DNA of 64,000 bases from the human T2T-CHM13v2.0 reference genome, Homo sapiens, in the NCBI RefSeq assembly GCF_009914755.1, contig NC_060928.1. One strand, given 5' to 3'. The stretch's first letter is position 1; every line of letters starts with the position of its first letter. The position numbers were made by a program, and so were the translations under genes. Positions 25,718 to 40,688 of this stretch are shown piece after piece. The notes beneath the pieces were generated by a model. That model was not told where the DNA came from. It saw nothing but the letters and a program-made list of their open reading frames with translations, and made no database searches.

Positions 25718-27570
25718 CCATCAGGATGGGGGGTCACCTTATCCTACAGTGACCCAACTTATAATAATGCAACTTCTTTTCATTTTATTTTGCTCTGGCT
25801 TCTGTAGCCAAGTCTATAAACTCAAGGCCATCTGGAGTTGGAATGAGGCATCTGCTGGCCTGGCCATCTGCCATGCTCTTGAGCATCTTTGTGCTACAGA
25901 CAAACAAACCAGAACAAAGGGATTCACTGCAGAGAGACAGTGCTCCAACCCTATGACATGGCTATCATTGCCCCACGAAAGCCTTAGGATCCTGGCTTAC
26001 CCATCCGCTCTTGTTGAAGAAGGATTGCTTTTCAGTTTAAGTCATTACTTCTGTTTTGCTCTAGTACTTACAGAAAGAGAACCGACAAGCCTGAAATGAC
26101 CCTTCTGTGAACAAGGTTTTACACTGGGATTTGAAATACCGGAAAAGTTGTGTCCCTAGAAAAGTAACTCTAGCCTTAACATCAGCAAAATGAGGATTTA
26201 TTTTTATTTTTATTTATTTTTGCATTCAGAGAGGAATGATGATGTCATCCATGTCCTTACACACATCTTAATTTGTGGATTTTTTCTTACTTAACTCTCT
26301 TAATTGGATGAAAGTATGCAGCTGATGATTTATGGATCGCTAGTTGTGCCAGGCATATTTTTAAATATGCACAGCTGCTCTGCAGTAGTTTAACTTGGCA
26401 GATAGTATTAAACCATTGAGTTGTGTCATTTATTTGTACATGCATACAATAGCCTCCTTGTACAGGTTCTTCCAAAATCTCTACAGGAATGGTTTAGGAC
26501 CATGCATTTAAAGAGTCTCAGAAAGTATTCTTTTGGAAGATTTTCAGTTTCCAGAATAAAGAATGAGATAGCATTTTGCGATGTTGCTAAGTTCCCAAGG
26601 GAATCACAGAGACAGGCTGAAGTGGAGAGGCTAACAGAGTGAGAGGTCTCCAGTGTACATTTGGGAACTCCAATTTCAGTGGTCGTTTAGGCAATGTAGG
26701 ACGTGTTACTGCTGACAACACTCTCACTTTCACTATAACACATCTCAGGGAAGCAGCTGAAAGAGGTGGGTGATCTAATACAAGTTGTTGCAGGCATAAA
26801 TAACTTGAGAAGCTCTGTTGACAATAAAAGTCTGGCATTCACAGTAGTGAACAATGTTATCTTCAAATTCAAAGGACCCTGAGATTTGTCACTGTCATCC
26901 TTTGTAGTCAAGGATGATACTGTTGACACTCTGGCTATCCCTGTATGTAAGTGTGGCTGAAAATACCCGAATGTGACAGATGATAAGGGCTTTCTGCAGA
27001 GCATACATGATAAATCTTTTTTTTTTTTTTTTTTGGTTTGTATCTCCTGGTCTCCCAGGGCATAGCTGGCCTTGTCACAAAGTCATCGTGTCTGTCTGCA
27101 GCAGAACCTGCTGCTCTGGCACTGGCCTCTTGGCTCTTGCATTCCAAAAACGTGGCTTGAATAGCTAGAATGTCTCTCTCCTGAACTATTATGAAGATTA
27201 CACCTCCTACCTGATCTGCTTACTATCCCCCATGCCAAAGCAAGCCAGGCACATGCCACAGTTCCTTCCCATGCTGTGACTTCTGTGAGAATTATGTTGA
27301 GGTGGGCAGTATTTCTCAATAGCTTCATTCACTGGTGATTTTATTCTGCCATTTGACATTTTTGAGTGTTCTCAACTGGAAACATCTTAGGTGCTGAGAT
27401 AATTCCTCCTGCACGCCCCTTCTCAGTTTTGCCTGACCCAGGAATAGGAATAGGAAAAGCAGAGGAGCTGAGATATGCCTCTCCTGTAGGTGGAATAGTC
27501 TGACATTATACAGTTTGTTGAGGAAAAACAACTGTTTAAACTGATTAAAAAATTGTTTCCATATCAGGCT

Positions 27571-27927
27571 GGTATTAGACTGTTTTCACACTGGTATAAA
27601 GACATACCTAAAACTGGGTGATTTATAAAGGAAAGAGGTTTAATTGACTCACAGTTCTGCATAGCTGGGGAGGCCTCAGGAAACTTACAGTCATGGTGAA
27701 AAGTGAAGGGGAAGCAGGCAACTCTTCACCAGGTGGCAGGGAAGAAAGCAAGCACAGGGGAAATTGCCACTTATAAAACCATCAGATCTCATGAGAACTT
27801 GCTCACTATCATGAGTAAACCATGAGGGAAACCGCCCCCATGATCCAATCATCTCCCACCAGGTCTTTCCTTTGACATTACAATTCCAGATGAGATTTGG
27901 GTGGGGACACAGAGCCAAATCATATCA
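27571..27927 (-). mobile_element. MSTA/THE1D-like MaLR LTR
   Basis: gaaagaggtttaattgactcacagttc...gaggcctcaggaaacttaca...ggggacacagagccaaatcatatca. Confidence 0.88.
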
Positions 27928-29178
27928 AGCCTGTACTCCAGATATTTTTTTTAAAGCTGAAAGTCCCCAAAAGCTCATCTCTGGAGCCTGATCCTGGGCG
28001 TTCCTGAGCCACTGCAAATATCTTAGAGAGCCTTTCTGTGCTAGTGGCTCAGATGACTCATATTGGGCAGTGATTAGTTGAGAGCATGGGCAGCATTGGG
28101 ATCTCATGCTGATAGCAAGCACTGCTAGCAGTTGGTTACTTTGCCTCTTTGGCTTTTACCTGTGGGTTCAGGATGGGGATTATGAAGGCTATTAAAAGGG
28201 CTCCTTGACGGTCCCTTAGTCTTAAAACCTCCTGCAGGAGGAACTGCAGATTCTCTCAGACTCTCAGATAGGGAAACCCAAAAAGCCTTATTAGCGATTT
28301 AACCTTTGAGTAAATTGCCTTATCAGCTCTTCTTTGAGAAGACCCTCAACTAAGAGTAGTTCCACGCATAACAAAGCTGTGATGAGGTTAGCTGAGACAT
28401 AAGAGGGATGAGAAGCGAGACCCAGTCTGGGTCACTGGGCCTCCCCAGAGGGAAAGGCCTGACCCAGGGCATCCACGAGCAGCAAAGGGATACTTGGTGT
28501 CCAAGAAAGAACACCCAACCAGGAGAGAGAAGGGGGACCTGAAAGTAGGAAGGGGGAGGAGCTAAAGACGTACTTTGTCCACATCACAATTTTGCCTCTC
28601 TTTGGTTTGAGGTTATCCAGTATAGTCCTATCTGACATAATTTTTGAAGTCGTTTCTCCAAGGAATGTCTCTGAATCAGCTTTAAGCTCTCTTTGGTCCT
28701 CCAAGGACACTAGAAGTCAGGCAGAGATTCCTTAAGATCCAGTGTATATATCAACAGCCTCTGATCTCCTAGTTATCCTGTTTTTTTGAGAAGAGCTAAG
28801 AGGAAAAGGAATAAGGGTAAGCCAGCATCTAGTATGAGGAATGCTTTGTTATTCCCATAATATAGATAAGGAAACTGAAGTTTAGTTATTGAACCAGGAG
28901 CACCTAAGAGCTAAGAAGCAAAGCTGAAATTGAAACTGAGACCTATCTGCTGAGGTGAGCAGCTCCGCAAGTTAGCTCCATTCAGAAAGCTGCCTGAATT
29001 TTATTCCTCCTATTCTGTCACAGAGCTTTAGGGTTATTCTCAAAAGTTCTGACTATACCAAGAAGATAGCACGTTCTCCTCATGAAGTTCAAGAGACCAT
29101 TAACTAAAGAATGGGCCTCAACTCTATCTCTAATGGCCTACTAAAATAGTAAAGAGTAGTATTGCTACAGTGGTACCA

Positions 29179-29204
29179 TTTTATTTTATTTTATTTTATT
29201 TTAC

Positions 29205-29243
<39 letters not shown>

Positions 29244-29345
29244 TTTTGAGACAGAGTCTCGCTTTGTCACCCAGGCTGGAGTGCAGTGGCACGATCTCAG
29301 CTCACTGTAATCTCTGCCTTCCATGTTCAAGAGATTCTTGTGCTT
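29179..29345 (-). mobile_element. Alu right-arm fragment with (TTTA)n tail
   Basis: gagacagagtctcgc...tcaagagattcttgtgc, then an abrupt end. Confidence 0.88.
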
Positions 29346-29679
29346 TTAAATACTACCTCTGTCCATTGGCTTTTTTTGAAGGAATCATGCAAAATTTGCT
29401 TGTTTGGTTTGTTGAGTCGAAGTAATACCCTTAACCTCCACTATGTGTGTTGAACAAGAGGTCAGAAGGAAATAGTCTCTGAGGTAGCTCTTGCAAGAAG
29501 ATCTTAATAAGTTTGGGTTGATAGGCATCCAAGAGTTTACTGATTTTAAGGATGCCATCCCTCTAAAATTAATGTATGCCCAATAGGTTATCCCATGTAG
29601 TTTCCTTCCTTTTCCATTGAATTTCTAAGTGTTGATTGTCACCATCTTCATGACATGAGACACAATGGGGCCTCAAGAC

Positions 29680-30034
<355 letters not shown>

Positions 30035-30494
30035 ATTATTTTAGCTAGCCGCAATGTTCTCAGATTTTAAAAAATCAGCATTCTTTTTACAAACGGAAAA
30101 ATGCAGAATTAATATTTAGAGGCAATTAGGCATCCTTGTCACAGTTTGGCTCTCAAACCCATTTCCTGGATTTTGTTCCCTGTGCTCCTCATATTCATTC
30201 TTTCCTATTCCCTCTTGCACACATGTATTTTTTTTAAAGACCCTGCTGCTCAAAATCCGGGGCCATGCAGAGCAGAAAGGATGAGTATGGACTGAAACTG
30301 AGTCAAACTAGAGAGTTTTTTGCTATGATGATTTTGTCTTATTTTCAATATCATTTGTATCATTAACAAAACTTCTTGTGTACTTAGAATATATAGGGAA
30401 AAATATCAGAGATGTTAAGAAATACAATACAGATTTCTATCTCTAATCTCTGGCTTTCTCATTTAGAGGAGCTGAAGCTCCCATGGAAAGATAA

Positions 30495-30916
30495 TGTCAA
30501 GAACTGTGAAAGGTCTGAGATTTTTACCCTAGAGTGTCATGGATGCTGGCAGAAGACACAGGACTCCTGGGTCACACATAAATGCCTTTATTATAGCCAT
30601 AGCAATAGTCACAGTACCAGCTTTTTCTTGTGACTTCCCCAGGCCCCAATTCCCACCAGGTGACACAGATGACATTTGACACCAGCACATGACGTAAGTT
30701 GCATTATAGGAGAGAAACCTGGCACTTAAGGAACCCATGTCTTAATGGGCAGCAGGCATACCTGCCCTTTTCTCCAGAGACAGACTTCGTTTTCATATTT
30801 TAAGGCTATCCCCTGTATAAACATCCTTGTAATCATAGTTCAGAATAAACGCAGTCAGTATCCCTGCTGGCAAGAGATGCAGAGACATGGAAACCTCCGG
30901 ACAACTGTCTCCAGCA
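30495..30916 (-). mobile_element. ERVL-type LTR (MER76-like)
   Basis: tgtcaagaactgtgaaaggtctgagatttttaccct...acaactgtctccagca; TG...CA termini. Subfamily from recall only. Confidence 0.55.
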
Positions 30917-30930
30917 GATATAAGGCAGTA

Positions 30931-31277
30931 GAATCATGCATCACTTAATAACAGAGATGTTGTGACAAATGCATCATTAGGTGATTGTGTCATTGTGCGA
31001 ACATCATAGAATGTACTTACACAAACCTAGACGGTAGAGCCTACTACACACCTAGGCTATATGGTATAGCCTATTGCTCCTAGGCTACAAACCTGTACAA
31101 CATGTCACTGTGCTGAATACTCCAGGCAACTGCAACACAATGGTAAATATTTGTCTATCTGAACATATCTATACATAGAAAAGGTACATTAAAAAATATG
31201 GTGTGATAATCTTATGAGACCACTGTCATATATGCGGTCTGTCGTTGACTAAAACATCATTATACGGTGCATAACTA
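30931..31277 (-). mobile_element. Tigger3a (GOLEM/MER7A)
   Basis: gtacttacacaaacctaga...cctaggctatatggtatagcctattgctcctaggctacaaacctgtac. Confidence 0.85.
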
Positions 31278-31293
31278 TGTATGCCACGTGCTA

Positions 31294-31741
<448 letters not shown>

Positions 31742-33399
31742 TTATTCAAGTAGGTGTGAAGACAGGCAATGCAGTTGAAAACCTACAAAAGACAAGTTTG
31801 GTGGAAGGGAAAGTTCACGTAGGAAAGCTGAGGGAGGTTAGATTTGGTTTCTGGAAGGCCTGGAGAAACTTTCCCACTGTAATGAGGAGGAATAGTAACA
31901 GTGCTAACCAACAACACAGAGGAGGATGGGCCAGAGTCGGGGAGGTTAGGGGCAAGGCAAGGAGACGAAGGGAAGGTATTGCAGGGGTCTGAGCATGAAG
32001 TGTGGAATACCTGAATTTTTTCCACATGGGATATATACCTGTATTTACTCAATTTTATTTTCTTCACTAAAGAGTACCAAGGCAAACTTGGTAGATAATT
32101 TTGTATGTTTGAGGATTGATTTATAGTATCATTAATAAGTCTATTACCTTATGTGGCACTACATAACCTTTCTCATCCAAGAGGGTGTCATCCACATGTG
32201 TTTAGAGCTGGTTTCTGCCATACATTTTGGGATCAGGCACTTCCCTGAAGGTGTTAGGGGTCAGGTCTAGAGAAGCTCATGGGCATACCCTTCTGGCAGG
32301 ATAAGGGAGAGATTTGGTGTGGGGCAGACTGATAGACGTGACACCTATTGCACATAGAAGACCAGTTACAGTACCAGGTTCAATGTGAGAAAGTTAGTTT
32401 AAAGGACACATCCTCAAGAAGACGTAGGGTACTAACAACCAAATGGCTTAAACAGAGGAGCCCTTGATAAAGTAAGTGCTAAATAGCTATTTCCTTAACC
32501 TTAACTGGAGATTGGAATTCTGTGTTCTATAGTGGTTTCTTATGATTCTTATGTAATAATCTTGGCTCCTTGGTTGTAAGAAATGCGGGCAAGTCTCACA
32601 CCTGCCTCTCCAAAAATGAATGAAGTGACACCTTAAATGTTCCCCAGGCTTGCATCACCCTCTGGGGGCCTCCCACAATCCTGGGTCCTCAGCGATTCTA
32701 CGGTGAGGCCACTAGATCACAATCGAAGGCTTTGGCAGACCACCATGTAAGCAAACCCCTAAATATTTTTAACAGACCCAAGACTGGCAGGAGTCAAACT
32801 TTATATATTAAGGGGGTATTAAAACACAGCTATTTCCAATAATTCATTATGCACATACTCATAAACACATTACACTTGTCACAGAACATATACCTGTAGT
32901 GTGCTTTCCAGCGGGGACTAAACAACACTTAATGAGAACGCTGGTGGTGTTTTTTGATGTCAAGAACCCCAAGGTTCCAGCAGTGAAGGGGCATCGCAGT
33001 TGGTAGTCTTTTTAATGGGAAGTCCCCTGGCCTTTGGCTGCCTATGGTGTGTCAGCCACAAGTTGGGAACCACAGCACTTGGTGAAGGAGCAATTTCCCC
33101 CATGGCCTTACTCAGACCCATCATTAGACACTTCCCTGAAAGTGAGCCTGGAAGTTTGCATAGCAGCCAGTGTAAGCCTTCAGGGAGAAGTGGAGTGAAT
33201 ATCGCAGGCTCATGTCAAGAAAAGGAATCATCTGTCACATGTGAAAAAAGCAGTCAAAGTGCCAGTGTACTAATGGAAAATGACCGCGCCCAAAGCATTG
33301 TCTTTCATTGTGGATACCAAGCTTAAAAAGGAATATATATTTTTCAAGTGTACAGAGGAGAGATGCATTCAGAATAGGTTAGTAAGGTGACCCAAGCCA

Positions 33400-33772
33400 C
33401 GTCACCTTGGGAGCAGTCGAAGGAATAGGATGCATGTGGAAAGACCTGGGAGGCCATGCTAGTTGCCCTCAAATATTTTGAGGGTTGTCAAGAGGAAGAT
33501 TTCCCCAGGAGCATGGTAGGCAGAAATCAACAATAAAGGATGGAAACCACGAAAAACAGATTTATAACAGAGAGGGGGTCAAGGGGAACCCGGTCTAATA
33601 GCACTTTTCAAGAATGGAACAGGTGGCTTAGGAGATATTGACTTCTCTGTCATTTGAGACATTCAAGCCTTGACATCACAACCACATTGAAAGAATATTG
33701 CAATAGGACTCGAGCAGCTGATCATGGAATTAAGTGACTTTAATTTTCAACCCTAGGACTCTGTGATTCTAT
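33400..33772 (+). mobile_element. L3/CR1 3' end
   Basis: aatggaacaggtggcttagg...tgtcatttgagacattcaagc...ttcaaccctaggactctgtgattcta. Confidence 0.55.
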
Positions 33773-35857
33773 GTACACAGAATTCGAATCTTAAGTAGAG
33801 TGTCCTTGTGAAACCCCTACAACTTTGATTGAAAATATATACTGAATTAAAATCTGTATGGTAATAAGTTTCTTTTTAGTGAACAGGAAACATGCCAAAG
33901 TATATCTTAACATTCAGTTGTAGATAATTATGTGAGCTGATTTTGTGTCAATGAATCTGAAGTTCTGATTTGGTATTAGAAAATCATACGACACCCCAAG
34001 CTTTCTCCTAGGAAGTTGTCTTTTCCATTTTTAGCATTTCATTTGGTTGTCTGTCATCACCTATAACACACACGTGCATACACATACAAATGCTGCTATA
34101 ATTAACATTTTGGGTTCCTTTATCATTTTTTAAACCTCAAACTTTTTGTTATGTAATGCACACTTATTTGAAAACATCTCCTGTTGAAAATCACAGAGGT
34201 CACAGGTAGAAATGCTGTATATCCAGCACTGGTAAGGCAAATCTATGTATATTGAACTACTGAGAATATGTACAAAAATTAGGTAGAAATTAGAGAAAAC
34301 AGCTCTAAGGATTGACAAAAAAAAGTAGAAAGAGTAGGAAAAGTTGCTCTGCTCCAAAGAGATAGGATTGAAAGGTTTTTGCTTGGTGTCCTAGAAGATA
34401 ACTTCCCTTTTTTCTGCTTCATCAGGGTAGAGGAGATGAGAGGAGCAGGTATCAGGGTCCCTGACTCTTAGGGATTCTCAGCCTAGAGACTGGTTTACTG
34501 TACTTGCTTGCTTTATGGTCAACAGTTGACTTTGCATCTCAGAGGAGCTGTGAAAGGGCTCAGAGAGATTCTTTACTCTTTCTCTACATCAGAGGCCAGA
34601 AAGAGATAAAAGAGAATTAGGAGCAAATGTATTTGTTTCCTTGCCACCCAAACTAGCATCAAAATATGCTGAAGGCCAGGGTGGCCTGAGCTCCTTCATG
34701 ACCCATGGCGCTTAACAAAACATCTGCAGAGGAAAGTGTACCAGGGCAGAGGGGACTTTTCCACAAAGCACGGTCATGCCCTGCACAACCACTGAGGAAT
34801 GAAGTATTTAGGAATCTTGTGGGAAAACTCAACAAATTCTGAAGACAGAAAGGCACACAATAAATGGTGTTCTGTTAGGGTGTTGCTAATGTTGATGACA
34901 CTCAGAAGTAAGGAAAAAGAGGATATTCTCACATTTCAGAAGATTCTGGAATAGAGCCAATTCCTGGTGTTTCTTTGTTGTTCTAAAAAGAAAAGCTTTT
35001 TTTGTCTCTGTTTTCCATATAGCATCAAAGAATTGAGTAACCATCTTTATCAATTAAAAACATAATTGATCCCTGCAGCCTGGCTGTTGTGCAGACAATC
35101 TCCCACTCTCTTTCCCGAGAGGTGTCTGTCCCCGCAGATGTGGGCTAGCAAGGCTGGCACTTGGTGACTGTGAGATTGCCTTGAAACTGGTGACTAGAAA
35201 TTCTTTTGTTACGCTACTTTTAACTTAGGTTTTATCTATGGGACCTTGACATTTTTAATACTTTAGGCATTTCTGCATGCTTAAAGAAGGTAGCCCTAAT
35301 CTTATTGCTAGCTAAGGAGTGTGTGACACTTATACCTATACTACCTGGAGAGCTTGATTCATAGGTGCTGCTCATCCTGTAGTGGTGTCCTGCTGTCCCT
35401 TTTCCCCAGTCCCTGCACCCCACCCCAGCATCCTCTCCATTAGCTCCCTGAAGGAGTCATACTGTTTTCTTGTTCCCTGAGAGCTTTCTATTGATAAAAG
35501 TTCTGTCTGTCTTCAACTACAGGAAGAACTGTGGGTCTCTCTGGATTCTACAGGCACCTGGCAGGCATGAGAGCACTCTCAGAGACAGGGCTTTGGTGGG
35601 CTATGAATGGAATGCCCTCTGAGTTCCCCTGAAAGGAGGATGGGAAACTCTAGATCCCTAACTGCCCTCAGGGTACCCAGGACTGGCTGAAATGATCCAA
35701 ACTCAGAAGTTGAGTGCTCACGCATAGGGCCATAGGGGCCTGAGGTAAAACAGGGTGAGTCTAGCCATCCTGATAAGGTCTGAGGGGAATTTAAGAGCAT
35801 AAAAATTAGCCCAGTCAGTGAAAGAAAAAATCAGATTAATAGTGACTAATTGTTTGG

Positions 35858-36005
35858 TCCTGCACTTGCTCTACAGAAATATAATGCAAGTTACATATGT
35901 AATTTTGAATGTTCTAGTAACCACATCAAAAATAATTAAAAAAAAACAGATGAAGTTAATTTTAATATTATATTTTATTTAACCCAACATGTCTAAAATA
36001 TTATT
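35858..36005. mobile_element. MER33 (Charlie) half element
   Basis: aaatataatgcaagttacatatgtaatttt...tctagtaaccacat...ttaattttaatat...ttatttaaccc. Confidence 0.7.
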
Positions 36006-37552
36006 ACTTTCTTCCAAACAAGCAAAAGCTGAAGGAATGTGTCACCACTAGACTGGCCTTACAGGAAATGCTCAAAGGAGTTCTACATCTGGAAGTGAAA
36101 AGACAATAATCACCATCATGAAAACACACAAAAGTATTAAACTCGCTGGTAAAGCATATACACAAAGGCGAAAGAGAAAAGAATGAAAACTTATCACTAC
36201 TGAAAACCATCACATCACGATGATAAATAGTAAGAGAGGAAGAAAGCAACAAAGGATACATAAAATAACCAGAAAACAATTAAAAAATTAAGAGGAGTAA
36301 CTCATTACCTATCAATAATACCTTGAACATAAACAGCTTAAATTCCCCACTTAAAAGATACAGACTGGCTGAAAGGATTAAGAGAAAAAAAAACATGACC
36401 CACCTATGTACTGCCCACAAGAAACTCACTTCACTTATAAAGACATACATAGACCAAAAGTGAACGGATGGAAAAGATTCTGCACAGACAGAAACAAAAA
36501 ATAAGCAGGAGTAACTGTACTTAACATCACATGAAATAGACTTTAAGTCAAAAACTGTTAAAAGAGACAAAAGTTACTATGTAATGATAAAAGGTTCAAA
36601 AGGATCCTTCAGCAAAAGGATATACAACTGTAAATAAATATGCACCCAACACAGGAACACCCAGATACATAAAGCAATTATTGTTAGATCTAAAGGGAGA
36701 TATAGACTCCAATACAATAATAGTTAGGAACTTCAGCACCTCACTCTCAGAATCGCACTGATCATCTAGAAAGAAAATCAACAAGGCAACATTGTATTTC
36801 AGTTGTATTTCAAATGGACCCAACAGGCATTTACAGAACACTTCATCCAACAGCTGCAGAATGCACATTCTTTTCATCAGCACATGAAACATTCTCCAGG
36901 ATAGACCATATCTTAGGCCACAAAACAAGTCTTAATGTATTTAAAATAATTAAAATCATATCAAGTATCTTTTCTGAGCACAATGGAATAAAACTAAAAA
37001 TCACTAACAAGAGGAACTCTTGAAACTCTTGAATACATGAAAACTTAACAACATGCTCCTGAGTAAACAATGGGTCAACAAAGAAATTAAGAAGAAAATT
37101 TAAAAGTTTCTTGAAACAGAAGAAAATAAAAACGCAACATATCCGAATTTATGAGTTACAGCTACAGCCAATCTAAGAAGGAAGTTTATAGAAATAAACA
37201 CCTACTTTATAAAAGTAAGGAGATTTCAAATAAACAACCTAATGTAGGAGCTAAGAAAAGTTTATCTCAGGGAGGTAGAAAGTAGGATGATGATTACCAG
37301 AGGCTGGGAAGGGGGTTAGGAGGTTGTAAAGAGGTTGGTTAATGGGTACGAAAGTACAGTTAGGTGGAAGAAATAAGTTCTGGTGTTTGACAGCACAACA
37401 GGGTAACTATAGTTTACAATAATTTATTGTAATAGCCAGAAGATTTGAAACGTTTCCAACACAAAAAAAAATACATGTGTGAGGAGACTGATATGCTAAT
37501 TACTCTGATTTGATCATTACACATTATATTCATGTATCAAAATATCACATAT
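36006..37552 (+). mobile_element. Old L1M/L1MA: ORF1 3' end, ORF2 endonuclease, then directly the 3'UTR (internal deletion)
   Basis: ORF 36814-37023 IYRTLHP...FFSSAHETFSRIDHILGHK matches the L1 endonuclease domain; L1MA-type 3'UTR after 37244; coding frames broken by stops and frameshifts. Confidence 0.88.
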
Positions 37553-40500
37553 GGAGGTGGGGCAAGATGGCGGAATAGAAGGCTCCACCTGTCGTCCCGT
37601 CCCCGCTGCCCCGCCACCGCCCTGCAAGGACACCAAGTTAAGAACTATCTATATAGAAAAAAATACCTTCGTAAGAACCAAAACTCAGGTGAGCACTCAT
37701 AAGTACCTGGTTTTAACTTCATATCACTGAAAGAGGCACTGAAGAGATACAAAAAACAGTCCTGAATCGCCACTGAATTGCCAAGACGCCACCCCTGCCC
37801 CACCCCAGGCAGCAGTGAGTCCTAGTGTCGAACTAAGCTCAGAGATGGTGGACTCATGGGGCATGCGACATACTGAGACACCAGCTGGGGCAGCCAAAGA
37901 AGTGCTGGCATCACCCCTCCTCTAGTCCCAGACTGCACAGCTCACAGCTTCAAAAGAGACCTTCTCCTTTCACTTGAGGAGAGGAGAGGGAAGAATGAGG
38001 AAGACTTTGTCTTACATCTTGGATACCAGCTAAGCCTCAGTAGGATATGGCACTGGTCAGACTCATGAGGCCTCCATTCCAGGCCCTTGCCCCAAGACAG
38101 TGTTTCTAGACACACCCTGGTCCAGAAGGGAACCCCGTGCCCTGAAGGAAAGGACCCAGTCCTGGCAACATTTATCACCTGCTAACTGAAGAGCCCTTGG
38201 GCCCTAAATAACCAGCAGTGATAGCCAGGTACTACATCGAGGGCCTTGGTGAGCCTCTGAGACGTGCTGGCTTCAGGTATCAACACTGCCACAGTGGGTA
38301 AAGTACCAAGTGGGCTCCTAGGGTCCACGATTCCAGGACTTGATTCTTGGATGGCATTTCTGAACCTGCCCTGGGCCAGAGGGGAGCCTGCTGCCCTGAA
38401 GTGTGATTACCAGGCTAGGCAGCATTCACCACAAGCTGACTTAAGAGACCTTGGGCCTTAGGAGATCAACTGTGGTAGTCTGGCAGTACTCCTCATGGCC
38501 GGGGGTGATGGTGCCTACCAGGGGCAGGGGTGTCCTCTGCTTTTAGAAAGGGGAGAGAAGAGTGGGAAGGACTGTGTCTTATGGTTTGAGTGCCAGCTCA
38601 GCCACAATACAATAAAATACCAGGTAGACTTCTAAGGTTTTTCAGTCTAGTTCCTGACTCCTGGATGGCACTTCTGGGCCCACCCGGGGCCTGGAAAATC
38701 TTGCTGCCCTGAAGGGAAGAACACAGGCCTGGCTGGCTTTGCCACCTGCAGATTGCAGAGCCCCAGGGCCTTGAGCAAACATAGACAGTAGTCATGGAGT
38801 GGTTATAGCAGGCCTTGGGTGAGACCCAGCACTGTGGCCTCATTATGAGTTTAGTCATAATGGTTGTGGTCACAGGGGTACTCGTGTTACTCCACCCCCC
38901 AGCTTTAGGTGGCTCAGAACAGAGAGACTCTGTATGTTTGGGAGTAAGTAAGGGGAAAGAACAAGAGTCTCTGCCTGGTAATCCAGATAATTCTCCTGGA
39001 TCTTGTCCAAGACTATCAAGGCAGTATCTCTACGAGACTGCAAGAACCACAGCATTACTGCGCTTGGGGTGCCCCTTAAAGCAAAAGCAGTTTAGATCAC
39101 AACACCCAAGTCCTTTCAAATATCTGGAAAGCCTTGCTACGAAAGACAGCTATAAATAAGCTCAGATAGTAAAGACTACAATAAATACCTAACCCTTCAA
39201 TGCCCAGACACCAAAGAACATCTTCTAGCATCAACACCATCCAAGAAAATGTGACCTCACCAAATGATCTAAATAAGGTACCAGGGACCGATCCTGGAGA
39301 AACAGAGATACGTGACCTTTCAGACAGAGAATTCAAATTAGCTGTGTTGAGAAAACACAAAGAAATTCAAGATAACACCAAAGGAATTCAGAATTCTATC
39401 AGCTAAATTGAAGAAAGACATTGAAATAATTAAAAAAAAAAGAATCAAGCAGAAATTCTGGAGCCAAAAAATGCAATTGGCATACCGAGGAATGTATCAA
39501 ACCCCTTTAATAGCAGAAGAAAGAATTAGTGGGCTTGAAGACAACATATTTGAAAATACACAGTCAGAGGAGAAAAAAGATCCTGCAGGATCTATATAGA
39601 AAATAGCCTCAAAATAGCTTTAAAATAGCCTTAAAAGGGCAAATGTGTAATTGGCCTTAAAGAGGAGGTAGAGAAAGAGATGGGGTAGAAAGTTTATTCA
39701 AACGGATAATAGAAAACTTCCCGAACCTATAGAAAGATATCAATATCCAAGTACAACAAGGTTATAGAACACCAAGTAGATTTAACCCAAAGAAGACTAC
39801 CTCAAGGCATTTAATAGTCAAACTCCCAAAGGTCAAGGATAAAGAAAGGATCCTAAAAGCAGCAAAAGAAAAGAAACAAATAACAAACAATGGAGCTCCG
39901 ATACTTCTGGCAGCAGATTTTCAGTGGAGACCTTACAAGCCAGGAGAGAGCAGCATGGCATATTTAAAGTGCTGAAGAAAAAAACCCTCTTGCCCTAAAA
40001 TAGTATATCCAGTGAAAATATCCTTCAAACGTGAAGGAGAAATAAAGACTTTCCCAGACAATAGAAGTTGAGGAATTTCATTAATACCAGACCCATCCCA
40101 CAAGAAATGCTAAAGGGAGTACCTCAATCAGAAAGAAAAGGATATTAATGAGCCATAAATAATCACCTGAAGGTACAACACTGACTGGTAATAGTAAACA
40201 GAAAAACACAGAATATTATAACACTGTAACTGTGGTGTGTAAGCTACTCTTATCTTAAGTAGAAAGACTAAAAGATGAACCAATCAAAAATAATAACTAC
40301 AACAACTTTTCAAGACATAGTACAATAAGATATAAATAGAAACAACAAAAAGTTAAAAAGTGAGAGATGAAATTAAGGCAAGTTTTTATTAGTTTTCTTT
40401 TTGCTTGTTTGTTTATGCAAAGTGTTAAGTTGTTATCAGGGTAAAATAATGGGTTATAATATAGTATTTTCAGGCCTCATGGTAACCTCAAACCAAAAAA

Positions 40501-40688
40501 CATACAACGGACACACAAAAATTAAAAAGCAAGAAACTAAATCATATCACCACAGAAAATCATCTCCACTAGAGGAAGGCAGGAATGAAAGAAAGAAAGA
40601 AGGCCACAAAACAACCAGAAAACAACTAACAAAATGGCAGGAGTAAGTCCCTACTTATCAATAATGACATTGAATGTAAATGGACTAA
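37553..40688 (+). mobile_element. L1M1/L1MA1-3-type LINE: 5'UTR, decayed ORF1, first codons of ORF2; 3'-truncated
   Basis: caagatggcggaatagaaggctcc 5' end; ORF1 remnants (39200-39406 ...DLSDREFKLAVLRK); ORF2 start atggcaggagtaagtccc at 40634 (MAGVSPYLSIMTLNVNGL). Confidence 0.9.

Noticed and set aside
36814-39599. L1 ORF1/ORF2 peptide fragments as functional CDS
   Set aside because: Multiple stops and frameshifts, and the reverse transcriptase region is absent; these are fossils.
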